A DNA stretch of 36,587 nt, taken from a virus (lineage: Duplodnaviria > Heunggongvirae > Uroviricota > Caudoviricetes). A program made the translations under genes and the position numbers. Shown in pieces: positions 6,197 to 16,885 of this stretch (position 1 is the stretch's first letter; every line of letters starts with the position of its first letter). Under the pieces are notes generated by a model. The model saw nothing but the letters and a program-made list of their open reading frames with translations. It ran no database searches and was not told the DNA's origin. The stretch lies in the IMG/VR virus record IMGVR_UViG_2703718784_000020; one strand, written 5' to 3'.

Positions 6197-8990
6197 TATC
6201 CGGGTCGCTTTCAGCGCCGTTGACAGGCTGACCCGGCCTGCCGAAAACGCCCGCCGCCTGATAGGGCAGTTTGGTGACTCCATCCAGCGAACGCAGGGGG
6301 CGATCAAAAATCTCGAGCGTCAGGCGCGATCATTTGAGCGCGCCCGCGACGCTGTCAGTAAAGCGGATGCGGGTATCGTGAAAGCACGACGCCAGCTTAA
6401 CGCCCTTAATCAGTTACAACGCACGGGTACAGTGCTCAGCGAAAAACAACAAAAGCTGATGCAGCAGTTAAGCACCCGGCTTGAACGCCTGAATGAATCG
6501 CGCACACGGGAAATTCAGAAAATGCGGGAGCTTGGTGGAGAGCTGAAACGCCACGGCATTTCCCTGACAGGCAGCGATAACACCATCCAGCAGGCCATCA
6601 GACGCACCGAACAGTACAACAACCAGCTTGAACGCGAACGGCAGGCGCTTGCGCGTGTAACGCGGGCGCGTGAGCGGTATTCGCGCGCGCAGGAAACCGC
6701 GGGAAAACTGAAAACAGGTGGTGCGCTGGCAACTGGTACGGCAGCGGCTGGCGGCTATGCTGCCGGGCGTTTTTTGCAGCCTGCGATCGGGTTCGGGAAA
6801 GAGATGTCCCGCGTTCAGGCGCTGACGCGAATCGACCAGAACAGCCCACAGTTTAAGGCGCTGCGTGAGCAGGCGTTAAAACTTGGCTCTGAAACGCAGT
6901 TCACCGCTGGAGATGCCGCCAGTGGACAGGCATTTCTTGCAATGGCTGGCTTCACACCACAGGCCATTCAGGCTGCGCTTCCCGGTGTGCTGAGCATGGC
7001 AACGGCTGGCGGTATGGATCTCGGCGAGACGGCGGATATTGGCTCAAACATCCTGACGCAGTTCGGCCTTTCTGCCGACCAGATGGACCGGGTCGGTGAC
7101 ACGCTCACCGCAGCGTTTACCCGTACCAACACTGACCTTCGCGCACTGGGCGAAACCATGAAATATGCAGGTCCGGTGGCGGGCAAGCTGGGAATATCGC
7201 TGGAGCAGGCCGCAGCGATGGCGGGCGTGCTGGCGAATATGGGGATCAGGGGAAGTGATGCCGGGACGGCAATGCGTGCCAGCCTGGCTCGTCTGGCATC
7301 ACCGCCAAAGGCGGCAGCAGAGGCGCTGAAAGAGCTTGGTGTGGCAGTCTCTGACGCGAACGGCAAAATGCGCCCGATGGAGGATGTGCTGGCCGACCTT
7401 TATAAAGCCACCCGCAAATACGGGGAAGTTGACCGGGTATCGTTCTTTAAGGACATTGCCGGAGAAGAGGCTTTCACATCGTTTATGGCGCTCGTTGATG
7501 CAGCGGGTGACGGTTCCTTACCTAAACTGAGAAAAGAACTTGAAGGCGCGCGCGGTGAGGCTGAACGCACAGCAAAGGTTATGGCCAACAACCTTGACGG
7601 CGATCTGAAATCACTCGGCAGTGCATGGGAAGGGTTGCGCATCCGCATTGCAGATCTGATTGACGGTCCGCTGCGTTCTGTCACGCAGTGGCTCACACGG
7701 GTGGTATCAAGGGTGACGGCGCTGGCGCAGGCCCATCCGACACTGACGCGCCAGCTACTGATAGCAGGCGGTGCGTTGCTGGCAATGACTGCAACGGTTG
7801 GCTCGTTGTCGCTGGCTATTGGTGTGCTTGCTGGCCCGCTGGCAAAACTGCGTCTTGGTTTTTCTCTCCTGACCGGATCAATGAATGCTGTCAGGGTCCT
7901 GCCAGCACTATGGGGAATGGTGACGGGTTCCGTTTCTTTGCTGGGAGGTGCTATCGGGGCGCTGTTCAGTCCGGTTGGTCTTATCGTGGCTGCGCTTGCC
8001 GGAGCTGCCGTTCTTATCTGGAAATACTGGGATCCCATCAGGGCATTTTTTGCCGGGGTGTTCAGCGGGATTATGGAAAGGCTGATCCCGTTGCGCGAAA
8101 CCTTTGAACAGTTTGGTCCTGTTTTTGACGCAATCGGAAGCGGGATCAGCCAGGTGTTTAACTGGTTTAAATCGCTGCTGTCACCGATGGAGTCCAGCAA
8201 GGAAACGCTGGATAAATGTACCAGTGCTGGCGAGATATTCGGTAACGTTCTTGGTGGCGCGTTACAGCTTGTTCTGACGCCTGCAAAAATGTTGCTGGAT
8301 ACGCTGGCGTGGATACTTGAAAAACTCGGTGTTCTTCCGGATGAAGCGGAAAGGGCGAGAAAGAAAATCGAAGACGCACAGCGTGCGGCCATTCTTCAGG
8401 ACAAGGTTGCCTTGCTTCAGGGGGACCTGGGGAAAATCAATCCGCCGAAGCCTGTGGAAAATGGCAATGGCACCGGAGGTGATAAACCCAAAGACAATAA
8501 ACCGCTCACAGACAGCAATACCGGTACACTGCGCAGACTCAGCAAAATTGCTGATAACACAGGTAAGCTGGTTGATGAGACGAAAAAACGCATTGGCCCC
8601 GGCGATATTGTTTTTAAGAACCTGCCCCGCGCACTTGCTGTTCGTGGGGAGTGGCAGGAGCGGAAGATTGCGCAGGCCAGTAAGCCTGCCCCCGCAATTA
8701 ATATCACACCCGTGGTCCCGGCTCCGCTGCCTCCGGCGCTGGTCCCTGTTGTTGCGGCCAACTCCCGCCCGGTGGCGGAGGCCATACGATCGCCAGTGGC
8801 ATCAGTTCCTGCAACTTCCCGTAACCGGGAGCCTGTTGCCTCCGGATTTGGTGGTGAAATTCATGTCCATCTGCATAACGTTGTTACGCAGAATCCCCGC
8901 GAACTGGCGAAACTGGTCGGTGAAATGGTCAGGGCAGAAATAGAACGGCGCGCCCGTGCCGGGCGTGGCAGTTTTTACGATAAAGATTGA
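6183..8990 (+). CDS. T: Tail tape measure protein gpT
   Basis: About 935 aa, alanine/glycine rich with a central hydrophobic segment and coiled-coil N-terminal region; ORF track start is 6147, the ATG at 6183 has better spacing to GGGA and overlaps the E' stop. Confidence 0.85.
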   Translation: MKTLDIRVAFSAVDRLTRPAENARRLIGQFGDSIQRTQGAIKNLERQARSFERARDAVSKADAGIVKARRQLNALNQLQRTGTVLSEKQQKLMQQLSTRLERLNESRTREIQKMRELGGELKRHGISLTGSDNTIQQAIRRTEQYNNQLERERQALARVTRARERYSRAQETAGKLKTGGALATGTAAAGGYAAGRFLQPAIGFGKEMSRVQALTRIDQNSPQFKALREQALKLGSETQFTAGDAASGQAFLAMAGFTPQAIQAALPGVLSMATAGGMDLGETADIGSNILTQFGLSADQMDRVGDTLTAAFTRTNTDLRALGETMKYAGPVAGKLGISLEQAAAMAGVLANMGIRGSDAGTAMRASLARLASPPKAAAEALKELGVAVSDANGKMRPMEDVLADLYKATRKYGEVDRVSFFKDIAGEEAFTSFMALVDAAGDGSLPKLRKELEGARGEAERTAKVMANNLDGDLKSLGSAWEGLRIRIADLIDGPLRSVTQWLTRVVSRVTALAQAHPTLTRQLLIAGGALLAMTATVGSLSLAIGVLAGPLAKLRLGFSLLTGSMNAVRVLPALWGMVTGSVSLLGGAIGALFSPVGLIVAALAGAAVLIWKYWDPIRAFFAGVFSGIMERLIPLRETFEQFGPVFDAIGSGISQVFNWFKSLLSPMESSKETLDKCTSAGEIFGNVLGGALQLVLTPAKMLLDTLAWILEKLGVLPDEAERARKKIEDAQRAAILQDKVALLQGDLGKINPPKPVENGNGTGGDKPKDNKPLTDSNTGTLRRLSKIADNTGKLVDETKKRIGPGDIVFKNLPRALAVRGEWQERKIAQASKPAPAINITPVVPAPLPPALVPVVAANSRPVAEAIRSPVASVPATSRNREPVASGFGGEIHVHLHNVVTQNPRELAKLVGEMVRAEIERRARAGRGSFYDKD

Positions 8991-8996
8991 GGAGTC

Positions 8997-9491
8997 ATGG
9001 CCATGATGATGATCTACGGCATGTTTGTTTTTGAGCTGCGCACGTTGCCGCATCAGCAGTTACAGCAAAGCAAAAACTGGCGGCATGTGAAAAATGAACG
9101 CGTTAACCGTTCAGCAAGCTGGCAGTATATCGGTGCAGGCGATGATCGCATCGTTCTTTCTGGTGTGCTTTATCCTGAAATTACAGGTGGCGAAGTGTCG
9201 CTGTCGCTGCTGACCACGCAGGCGTATACAGGACGCCCCTGGCCTCTTATTGATGGCGTCGGGCAGATTTACGGCATGTATGTCTTGACCGAAACGAATA
9301 CGACCCGTTCCGAGTTTGATCGCTACGGTAAGGCGAAAAAGATAGAATTTTCACTGACCCTTGAACGCTGTGATGAGGATTTGCGGGAGCGCCTGCAATC
9401 CTCATCGTTAAGCGATATGCTGTCCGGCTTCAAAGATAAGGTGACATCATCTCTTAACAGCGCGGCCAGTTCAGTTAAAGGGCTGCTCTGA
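8997..9491 (+). CDS. U: Tail protein gpU
   Basis: 164-aa product MAMMMIYGMFVFELRTLPHQQLQQ... resembling the P2 U N-terminus; RBS GAGGAG. Confidence 0.85.
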   Translation: MAMMMIYGMFVFELRTLPHQQLQQSKNWRHVKNERVNRSASWQYIGAGDDRIVLSGVLYPEITGGEVSLSLLTTQAYTGRPWPLIDGVGQIYGMYVLTETNTTRSEFDRYGKAKKIEFSLTLERCDEDLRERLQSSSLSDMLSGFKDKVTSSLNSAASSVKGLL

Positions 9492-9500
9492 TTTTACATT

Positions 9501-9550
9501 GCCGCCAATACCCTCATATTGGGTAATGGGCGGCTTGTTGTTATATAATA
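9501..9550 (+). terminator. Imperfect long hairpin followed by T-rich run after U
   Basis: GCCGCCAATACCC...GGGTAATGGGCGGC stem then TTGTTGTTATATAATAT; sits between the convergent genes U and the glycosyltransferase. Confidence 0.4.
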
Positions 9551-9587
9551 TATCGTAGGTCCTAATAAAACTGTTGAGGTTTCTACG

Positions 9588-10826
9588 TTATAAAGAATGG
9601 CTACTTTCTAATTCTGGGTTTCTGGATCTATTTTTACAACCTAAATCCGAGTGGTAATCCGGTATATCGTTTGTCAAATCTTGTTTGATAGCATTAATTA
9701 AGAGCATTATGTCGAATTTATGCATATCGTCGCCCCCTTCAGACCTTAGATGTTCGGATGTGGTGAGTTGAGTCGCTAATTTGCTGTTTGGCCCCCATAC
9801 AATATTATTTTCGAATTTTCCTTCATGCATTCTGTTATTATATATACAGTATTGTCTAATGTTTAATGCACTGGCTAAATGTACAATGGCTGTATCTACA
9901 GTTATAACAAAATCAGCATGGCGAACCAATGCAAATGAACATCCGGCATCAGAAAATGGAGATAGAGACACATTATCCAATCCATTGTGATTAATCTGTT
10001 TTCCCATATTAAAAACTATTGTGTGATATCCCTTAAGGTTATTGAGGTAAGCTAGTACTTTGTTTATCTGTTCATCAGATAAGGTTCTGCTATTCTGAGA
10101 GCCATAAGGGTTAAATATAACTAATTTTTTGTTTTTCTTCCTGAATTCATTTGCAACAATATTTGCTGGTTCATATATTTTGTTGTCAAAATTAAGCGCT
10201 GCAGCATAATTATTATTTTTTATCTTTAGTAAAGATAAAACTTTTTTCATTCTTTCAGATGTGTGAATGGAACGATTATCGATTATATTTGTATCAAAAA
10301 TAGTTACGGCAGGATGATTAAAACAGATAGAGTGTTTAGGTCTAAGTAAATGTAGTGTTTGCAATCTGGTTATCGCTGTGTTATCAAAATTTGAGAAGTC
10401 AACAACAAGATCTACATTCAGTTTTTTTATCTTTGCTTTTAGTTCGTTAAATTTATTTTTCTCGTAAGATATAAAGGCATCCACGCCAACAATATCAGTA
10501 AAGAGGAATGATACTCTTGAAGGTGCTATCACATATACCACCATACCGGATTTTTGAAGTTGTTTAATAAACCCTGAGGTAACGATGCCGTCACCAATGG
10601 CTTGCATGTGCATGAAAATGCACACTGTTTTATAACTATCCGGCTGTAATGATGTTTTCCTTCTGTATCGCATTTTTAGAAATGCCAGTCTGGCCTTCGT
10701 CTTTATCTTTTTTGTTTTAATATTTCGCTGTCTGTTAAGCTGTTTTAATGATGAAATAACATTCATAATGGTACCCTGAAATTCCAAATCACACATGTCA
10801 TCCGAAATGAGCAGGGTACTATACAA
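9588..10826 (-). CDS. Glycosyltransferase family 9 (ADP-heptose:LPS heptosyltransferase-like) cargo gene at the Z/fun position
   Basis: Visibly AT-rich ORF; N-terminal fold motif CIFMHMQAIGDGIV and C-terminal motif FVITVDTAIVHLASALNIRQYCIY...WGP resemble GT9 signatures; the ORF-track start is a TTG, the first ATG in frame is at 10766. Confidence 0.65.
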   Translation of the reverse strand: MYSTLLISDDMCDLEFQGTIMNVISSLKQLNRQRNIKTKKIKTKARLAFLKMRYRRKTSLQPDSYKTVCIFMHMQAIGDGIVTSGFIKQLQKSGMVVYVIAPSRVSFLFTDIVGVDAFISYEKNKFNELKAKIKKLNVDLVVDFSNFDNTAITRLQTLHLLRPKHSICFNHPAVTIFDTNIIDNRSIHTSERMKKVLSLLKIKNNNYAAALNFDNKIYEPANIVANEFRKKNKKLVIFNPYGSQNSRTLSDEQINKVLAYLNNLKGYHTIVFNMGKQINHNGLDNVSLSPFSDAGCSFALVRHADFVITVDTAIVHLASALNIRQYCIYNNRMHEGKFENNIVWGPNSKLATQLTTSEHLRSEGGDDMHKFDIMLLINAIKQDLTNDIPDYHSDLGCKNRSRNPELESSHSL

Positions 10827-10860
10827 AAAACTGGACTACAATGGTTTGAAATGAAAGCCT

Positions 10861-11460
10861 TTATGCTTGTTTACTCCTTGATTCCACTGGGGAAGCTGGC
10901 CACTCAATATCCGGTGCTCTTGATGTATCAACACGGTTCAGCAGCACTCGATACTTCTTCCATGCCACCAGTAACGATGTTTCTTCCTCTGTTGCAATAT
11001 TCAAATCTACGGCATCTTGAAGTGGCGAAATATGCTCACTGGCTACCTGCATGAGGCTGTTTTTTGTTTCTTCCGCCTCCCGTATCCGGAACACTTTTTC
11101 TGCTTCTGCATCTTTCACCCACGTTGTGCCGTTCCACTTCCGAAACTCCCCTTCCGGGGATAACCAAGTGACATTTTCCGGTAATGAGCCGAGTTCAGAA
11201 ATAAATAACGCGTCCCCTGATGCCACGTCATAAACTGTTTTACCCCGATGGTCTTCAACAAGATGCCACGATGCCTCATCACTGTTGAAAATAGCCACGA
11301 AGCCAGCTGGAATATCTGGCGGAGCAATATCAGTACTATTTGCAGGTAGACCTGTATGAGGTGGAATGTATGCATCACCTTCACCAATAAATTCATTGGT
11401 TCCGACCAGCAGATTATAAATTTTTATGGTTCGTGGTTGTTCACTCATTCTGAATGCCAT
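10861..11460 (-). CDS. G: Tail fiber assembly protein gpG
   Basis: 199-aa product directly downstream of the tail fiber gene with TAATG stop-start overlap. Confidence 0.8.
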   Translation of the reverse strand: MAFRMSEQPRTIKIYNLLVGTNEFIGEGDAYIPPHTGLPANSTDIAPPDIPAGFVAIFNSDEASWHLVEDHRGKTVYDVASGDALFISELGSLPENVTWLSPEGEFRKWNGTTWVKDAEAEKVFRIREAEETKNSLMQVASEHISPLQDAVDLNIATEEETSLLVAWKKYRVLLNRVDTSRAPDIEWPASPVESRSKQA

Positions 11461-13439
11461 TATGCAAGCCTCACAATATAGTTAAATGCGATGTTTTTTA
11501 CGGTGTTTTCCGCGTTGCCATAAGCGGCAATGGTAATGGTGTGTGTGTGCGAACCAATAGCGAGCGTATGTGTATGCGCACCTATTGCTACTGTGTGAGT
11601 ATGAGCTCCTGCGCTTAATACGCGATTACTTGCTGTCTTGCTTGTGTTAGTTGCATGCATTCCACCACCGGTACCGGGAGTTTCTGCGTATGCTGAAGTA
11701 TTGTTGTAAGCAAAGTTGTGTGTATGTGCTCCGGTGTTATTTGTGGATTTAGTTCCGTAATCAAACGACGATGTGGTTTTCGTCCCCAAATTCGTACTGG
11801 ATGCGCTGGCGCTGTGGGTGTGCGATTTAATGCCGTCCTGTTCCTGAGACAATACGGCTCGACCACTGGCAGGTTTGCCCTTAATCGTCCAGCCACGCAT
11901 ATCAGGGATCACGCCTGACGGATAAGCGGCTGCAAGTTTCGGGTATGCAGATTTGTCAAAAGTCTGCCCCTGCATCAGGGCATAACCAGACGGAACGGTA
12001 TCTGATGGCCAAGGGATCGGTGCGCCAACCGGATAAAGTTCATGAGGCGAAATATACAGCGAATAAACAGAACCGTCCGTTAATCCTTCCGGCTTATTAG
12101 CAGAATATGCTGGTGAAGTATGAATCGTTACGCTGGCGTTACTGGTATAATCCCACTGAATATTAACACCTGTGGCGTAATTACCTATTTTAACATAAAC
12201 ATCATAGGTATCACCGGATGTATTCACCCATGCAAAATTAGTAAATCCAACCGATGTCCGTCGCCATAACGCACCAGTAAGACCTTTTGGATTTCCATTT
12301 CCCGCACGAAGAACAAGTTCAGATATACCTGCCTGTTGAGGTGACTCCACGTTAAATCCCGCGCCACCAATCAACGTAATTGAAACAACAGAACTCGCCT
12401 GTGGCATGGTTACCGTTGCTAATTTGAACCAACCAGCACCACCGCTGAATGACATTGTTGTTGAGTTAAGCGTACCAATATCTTTCGGCGTCAGTGTTAT
12501 ATCCGCTGAAAGCGCCTTACCATTCACCTTACGGGCAGAAGGTACCCGACCATTCGCATTGTCATTAGCTGCTTTCACTGCTTTCGGTGTTGCGGCCAGC
12601 GTTTCTGAATCGCTGTTGGTGGCGCTACTGAGCTGGACTATTCCTTTTCGTGCCGTCGTGGCGTCCTGAGCGGTATATTTCCCGTTAGCAAGGTCATAGG
12701 CTGCCTTTACCGCCTTTGGTGTTGCCGCCAGCGTTTCTGAATCGCTGTTGGTGGCGCTACTGAGCTGGACAAGTCCTTTCCGCGCTGTAGTGGCGTCCTG
12801 TGCGGTATATTTCCCGTTAGCAAGGTCATAGGCTGCCTTGACCGCTTTCGGCGTTGCGGCCAGTGCTTCAGACGTGCTGTTGGTGGCGCTACTGAGTTGA
12901 ACAAAGCCTTTTGCGGTCAGCGAGGCGTCCGGGTGACGTCGTGACTGTTCATGTTCTTTCAGTTTGTCATTCACGTAATCCACTGTGGCCATAACCATGG
13001 TGTTATCCACGGTAAGCGCCACGGTGGCAGTGCTGGATACGGTCAGAATGGTGCGAAATGTTTGTGCACGTCCGGATCCTTCGGCAACGGTTGGCTTGTA
13101 ACTTTCCGCAGTATTGCCCACCGCGATCAAATCGCCGTGCTCATCAAATACACCAATTTCCCGGATCCAGAATCCGCCCGTTTCAGGAGGAATAACCAGC
13201 TCCGCAATAATGCGGTTCTGATGTGTTGCGTCCAGGATGACGCGATTAACAGTATGTCGCCACACCTCATGCACCAGACGGGTCTGCTTACTGTCTGGTG
13301 TGGGCAACGTGCCGCCACCGTCGCCCACGGCCATGTGAGTCAGGCGGACAGGATTACCATCTGGCGCGGCTGCCTGAGCTAATTTTTTGGCACCAGTATC
13401 AGTGATAATGGTTTTAAATTTTCGTGTTGTGGTACTCAT
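11460..13439 (-). CDS. H: Tail fiber protein gpH
   Basis: 659-aa product with a conserved P2 H-like N-terminus ([24 protein letters not shown]...), internal tandem repeats, and a histidine/threonine-rich C-terminal receptor-binding region. Confidence 0.85.
   Translation of the reverse strand: MSTTTRKFKTIITDTGAKKLAQAAAPDGNPVRLTHMAVGDGGGTLPTPDSKQTRLVHEVWRHTVNRVILDATHQNRIIAELVIPPETGGFWIREIGVFDEHGDLIAVGNTAESYKPTVAEGSGRAQTFRTILTVSSTATVALTVDNTMVMATVDYVNDKLKEHEQSRRHPDASLTAKGFVQLSSATNSTSEALAATPKAVKAAYDLANGKYTAQDATTARKGLVQLSSATNSDSETLAATPKAVKAAYDLANGKYTAQDATTARKGIVQLSSATNSDSETLAATPKAVKAANDNANGRVPSARKVNGKALSADITLTPKDIGTLNSTTMSFSGGAGWFKLATVTMPQASSVVSITLIGGAGFNVESPQQAGISELVLRAGNGNPKGLTGALWRRTSVGFTNFAWVNTSGDTYDVYVKIGNYATGVNIQWDYTSNASVTIHTSPAYSANKPEGLTDGSVYSLYISPHELYPVGAPIPWPSDTVPSGYALMQGQTFDKSAYPKLAAAYPSGVIPDMRGWTIKGKPASGRAVLSQEQDGIKSHTHSASASSTNLGTKTTSSFDYGTKSTNNTGAHTHNFAYNNTSAYAETPGTGGGMHATNTSKTASNRVLSAGAHTHTVAIGAHTHTLAIGSHTHTITIAAYGNAENTVKNIAFNYIVRLA
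12570..12935. repeat. Tandem 132-bp repeat (about 2.7 copies) inside the tail fiber gene
   Basis: Protein repeat KG(F/L/I)[41 protein letters not shown] occurs three times; DNA copies begin near 12581, 12714 and 12846. Confidence 0.6.
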
Positions 13440-13441
13440 GC

Positions 13442-13972
13442 TTAATCGTCCGGATAAATGGTAATGACTTCACCGTCGTAAGTTGCTGCCGCCGCGAAAA
13501 TATCCCCCGGGATCTCCTGAATGATATTCAGCCCTGTCATGTGGCGGCTGACCGGGCGGGCATCAGCAATCAACCGCTCCATTTCCAGATACATTTCCTC
13601 CGTCACGCCACTGTCCAGCGTGCCGACTTCAACGGTAAATGTTCCCGGTTCTCCGCCGAACTCCCACCACTCAGACACACGAATGAGGTATCCCAGCGGC
13701 TCAATGGCCCGGCGCAGTGCGCTGATGGTCCCTTTGTGTCGGTGTATCAGCCATGCATCACGAATCACCTGTCGCTTTGTCTCTTCCGGCCAGTTGCGAT
13801 CCCAGCGGTCAACGGAAAATGCCCAGGCGAGATAAGGCAGCAGATGCACCGGGCAGGTGTCCGGCGACCACAGCGTGTTGAGGTCTACCGGAATGTCTGT
13901 AATGCGCGTTCCGACAGCTTCGGCACAACGCATGAAATTGCTGGCTGATGGCGGTAACAGTGAATTACTCAT
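13442..13972 (-). CDS. I: Baseplate assembly protein gpI
   Basis: ORF track 13442-14005; the likely start is the ATG at 13972 ([11 protein letters not shown]...) overlapping the J stop; position and size fit P2 I. Confidence 0.8.
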   Translation of the reverse strand: MSNSLLPPSASNFMRCAEAVGTRITDIPVDLNTLWSPDTCPVHLLPYLAWAFSVDRWDRNWPEETKRQVIRDAWLIHRHKGTISALRRAIEPLGYLIRVSEWWEFGGEPGTFTVEVGTLDSGVTEEMYLEMERLIADARPVSRHMTGLNIIQEIPGDIFAAAATYDGEVITIYPDD

Positions 13973-14861
13973 TACGCCCACCTTCGCTGATGGTGAATGA
14001 CTCACAGCGCGCCGCCTGTATGTCGCTGATGGCCATATTTTGTGTGGGTTCGATTATCTCCACGCGTTGCACACCGTGCACATGCAGTGCGGCAGCAATG
14101 GCGGACAACGCCACGTCCTGACCGATAAGCCCCTGCTCAGACAGCCACTTCCTGAACGACGATTCCGCCGCGGCCAGAATAGGTTCGGATTCCGGGCCGG
14201 GGTAAAAGTACAGTTTTGCATTCAGCCGCCATGTCACGATTCTGGCACTCTGTACGGTCAGGCGGTCGGCCACCGGGCGGGTATCCTCTGCATTCAGAAC
14301 GGCGCGAACGGTATTAAGCAACGCCTCCGTTGCTGTGCCGTCGCCCTCAGTGGACAGGATGGAAACCGTCACGTTGGCCGGAGACGGGCTGATGGCCCGC
14401 GCATCGCGTACCAGACCGCTGGCGCTGCGTGCAAAATACTCGTATGCACCTGACGGGCCAGCAACACTCAGACCGTCGTACGCCCGCTGCGCCCGCAGTC
14501 TCAGCGAGGTGTCGCTCTCCATTACCGCGTCGGTGGTATCCGTTGCCGGAGTGATAACCAGGCGCTTTGTGTTCATATTGCCCGCGAGGTTGTCCAGGTC
14601 TGTCCCGGCGCTGTGGCTTAACATGCAGGCGCGTGCACCCTCATTGACCCGCTGGCGTAACAGCATTTCACGAAACGCTGTTGTCTGGGCGATAACGTTC
14701 AGTGGTTCCGATTCCAGCTCCAGCGCGGCGGAGACGGCTTCACGCTGTTCGGCGGGATAAGCCGCAATCATCATGGCCTTTGTGTCAGCCAGAATTGCCT
14801 CAAAGTCAGGCTCCGCGATGATGGCGGGGTCCGGTAACTGTGAAAGGTCAACGGCGGGCAT
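13965..14861 (-). CDS. J: Baseplate assembly protein gpJ
   Basis: 298-aa product in the J position between W and I. Confidence 0.85.
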   Translation of the reverse strand: MPAVDLSQLPDPAIIAEPDFEAILADTKAMMIAAYPAEQREAVSAALELESEPLNVIAQTTAFREMLLRQRVNEGARACMLSHSAGTDLDNLAGNMNTKRLVITPATDTTDAVMESDTSLRLRAQRAYDGLSVAGPSGAYEYFARSASGLVRDARAISPSPANVTVSILSTEGDGTATEALLNTVRAVLNAEDTRPVADRLTVQSARIVTWRLNAKLYFYPGPESEPILAAAESSFRKWLSEQGLIGQDVALSAIAAALHVHGVQRVEIIEPTQNMAISDIQAARCESFTISEGGRNE

Positions 14862-14864
14862 GAT

Positions 14865-15215
14865 TTACTCCCTTAGCGTGATGGTTAATTCAACATTCTG
14901 CATGGTCTGCATGACAGTGCCCGACAGCGTCACCCCGGCGCGGCCTCCCGCTTTCCAGACAACGTCGATGGCATCCAGGGCAATGCGGGGTTCCCATCGT
15001 GTCAGCGCAATCACGGCAGCACTCATGCATTGCAGACGCGTGGTGTTATTCATGGGTTCGTCAATCAAATCAGGCACAAGGCTGCCATATTCCCGTCGCA
15101 TAACCCGGCTTGCCAGCGGGGTGGTCAGGATGTCCCTGACTGACTGTTTCAGGTGCTCCATATCGTTCAGGTTTCCCGTTCCGTCCGGGGTCATTCCTGT
15201 GTAGCGGGTTGTCAC
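14865..15215 (-). CDS. W: Baseplate protein gpW (gp25-like)
   Basis: 116-aa product with the lysozyme-like baseplate wedge character of the GPW/gp25 family; overlaps the V stop. Confidence 0.85.
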   Translation of the reverse strand: MTTRYTGMTPDGTGNLNDMEHLKQSVRDILTTPLASRVMRREYGSLVPDLIDEPMNNTTRLQCMSAAVIALTRWEPRIALDAIDVVWKAGGRAGVTLSGTVMQTMQNVELTITLRE

Positions 15216-15793
15216 TGTGGGCCTCCTGTCGAATCGCTGCCACCTTTCACGCCACCGTGTTTATGCGTATGCACGGTAATGCCGTTTGAGGTGAAATCGC
15301 CGCCGCTGTGCGTGATATTGCCGCTCATCTTTCCCCCTTTTGTGACGTCAAGCGTCGCTGTTCTCAGAAGGTTTGTGCATTCCACGACGGGCGTATCCAG
15401 TGTCACGCTGATGGATGCCTGCAGGGTGGCTGTTTTCATGCCGCTGGCGCTCAGTGCGCCAGCGTCTGCGTCGTAGCGGAACACCGCGCCATCCGGCGCG
15501 CTGACCACGATTTCTTTCAGGCTTTTGCCGGGGGCCGGACTGGCATCACTCCACAGGCTGCCAATTATCATGGCGGTTTCCGGGTTGCCGCCAATGCAGG
15601 CAATTACCACCTGTTCGCCTGGTGATGGCGGCAGCCACACATTGAAGGCCCCCGCGCGCGTGGTGTTCCAGCGCAACCAGCCTGTTTCCAGTTCGCCGCT
15701 GCGAACGCGCACGCGCCAGGACTTCTCATCAACTTCAGAGATGATCCCGGTGCGGATGATATTGCTCAGCAGTCGCATGAGTTCTGCGCTCAC
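15212..15793 (-). CDS. V: Baseplate spike protein gpV
   Basis: 193-aa product, glycine-rich C-terminus, P2 V position. Confidence 0.85.
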   Translation of the reverse strand: MSAELMRLLSNIIRTGIISEVDEKSWRVRVRSGELETGWLRWNTTRAGAFNVWLPPSPGEQVVIACIGGNPETAMIIGSLWSDASPAPGKSLKEIVVSAPDGAVFRYDADAGALSASGMKTATLQASISVTLDTPVVECTNLLRTATLDVTKGGKMSGNITHSGGDFTSNGITVHTHKHGGVKGGSDSTGGPQ

Positions 15794-16434
15794 CGTACAG
15801 CCTCCGCAATCCGGCCCAGCACCGTGTTATAAATCAGGCGCTCATCTGCCTGGCTGATACCCAGCAGCTCACGTACCGGGTAATCGGTGAAAATGCCCGG
15901 CGCAACCTGATCGCGCTCACCGAACTGATGAACGCGGGCAATACGTGCGGCTACGCCGCTGTAACCCACCGTCACACCGGAAGCATCTGCACGGGCTTTC
16001 AGGTAGCGGGCGGTGCGCAGTTTTACGAACATGGGGACGCGCCTGGTGCTGTCCTGGTTGATGCGCCGGGTGCGTATTTCCAGAAAACGGTCGATGTCAT
16101 CCCGGTAAAACGTGCGGATATTGTTTTTATCCTCATCCCACCCGGTAATGGTTCGCCCGTATTTCCCCGTGTCGTGATGCCAGTTTTTCAGCGTGCGTGC
16201 TTCGTTATTCCAGATAAAGCGAATGCGCTCCTGTATCCGGGTTACGCGGCGTCTGCGTGGTGTCCACGCGGTCCCGTCCGGCGCTTTCTGTGACCGGATA
16301 CGCGCCTGCTGGGCGCGGCGTAAATCCTGTGCCAGCTTTCTGGCGATGTTATTGATGGCCTGCTGATTCAGGCTGTCTCGGATGGCCTCAAAGGTTTCAT
16401 CCACGCGGGTGAATGCCTTATCCATCGCTTTCAC
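15790..16434 (-). CDS. S: Tail completion / virion morphogenesis protein (gpS-like)
   Basis: Located in the S position between R and V; arginine-rich 214-aa product; the start may be a few codons internal. Confidence 0.6.
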   Translation of the reverse strand: MKAMDKAFTRVDETFEAIRDSLNQQAINNIARKLAQDLRRAQQARIRSQKAPDGTAWTPRRRRVTRIQERIRFIWNNEARTLKNWHHDTGKYGRTITGWDEDKNNIRTFYRDDIDRFLEIRTRRINQDSTRRVPMFVKLRTARYLKARADASGVTVGYSGVAARIARVHQFGERDQVAPGIFTDYPVRELLGISQADERLIYNTVLGRIAEAVR

Positions 16435-16885
16435 CCCACGTCACATCCTGGAATACATGCGACCAGTCGCCTTCGGGAGATGGCAGGCGGGGTTTTGGCT
16501 CCGGCAGGTGTTCTGCCTGCGGTGTCCCCTGACTGCTGCGCGTGATGCGAACGCGTTCCCGCAGGGGGAGCGTAAACAGGAGATCGGCGCTGTCATCGTC
16601 ATTGATAACGGCGGAGAATTTGATGTCCTGATTACGCTCAGAGTTGAGCAACAACTGTGGCTGATTTTCGGATAACCACGCCAGCAGCGGCAGCGTGAGG
16701 TCGTCCAGCTCCCCAGCGTAATCCATGACAAACATCACCATCTGATAGCGGTAAACAAACGAGGGCGTTTCTCCGGTCGTTTCAATGTTGCCGCTCTCCA
16801 CGAAAATGGTGAATTTTTCCGGGTTGGCCTGACACCATCGGCATGAACGGGTCATGGCTTCACGCAGGGAATCAGTTTTCAGCAT
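16418..16885 (-). CDS. R: Tail completion protein gpR
   Basis: 155-aa product beginning MLKTDSLREA..., similar in length and N-terminus to P2 R. Confidence 0.8.
   Translation of the reverse strand: MLKTDSLREAMTRSCRWCQANPEKFTIFVESGNIETTGETPSFVYRYQMVMFVMDYAGELDDLTLPLLAWLSENQPQLLLNSERNQDIKFSAVINDDDSADLLFTLPLRERVRITRSSQGTPQAEHLPEPKPRLPSPEGDWSHVFQDVTWGESDG

Noticed and set aside
7400-8392. 330-aa ORF antisense to the tape measure gene
   Set aside because: Serine/alanine-rich low-complexity translation inside a GC-rich gene with a much better-supported product on the other strand; typical shadow ORF.
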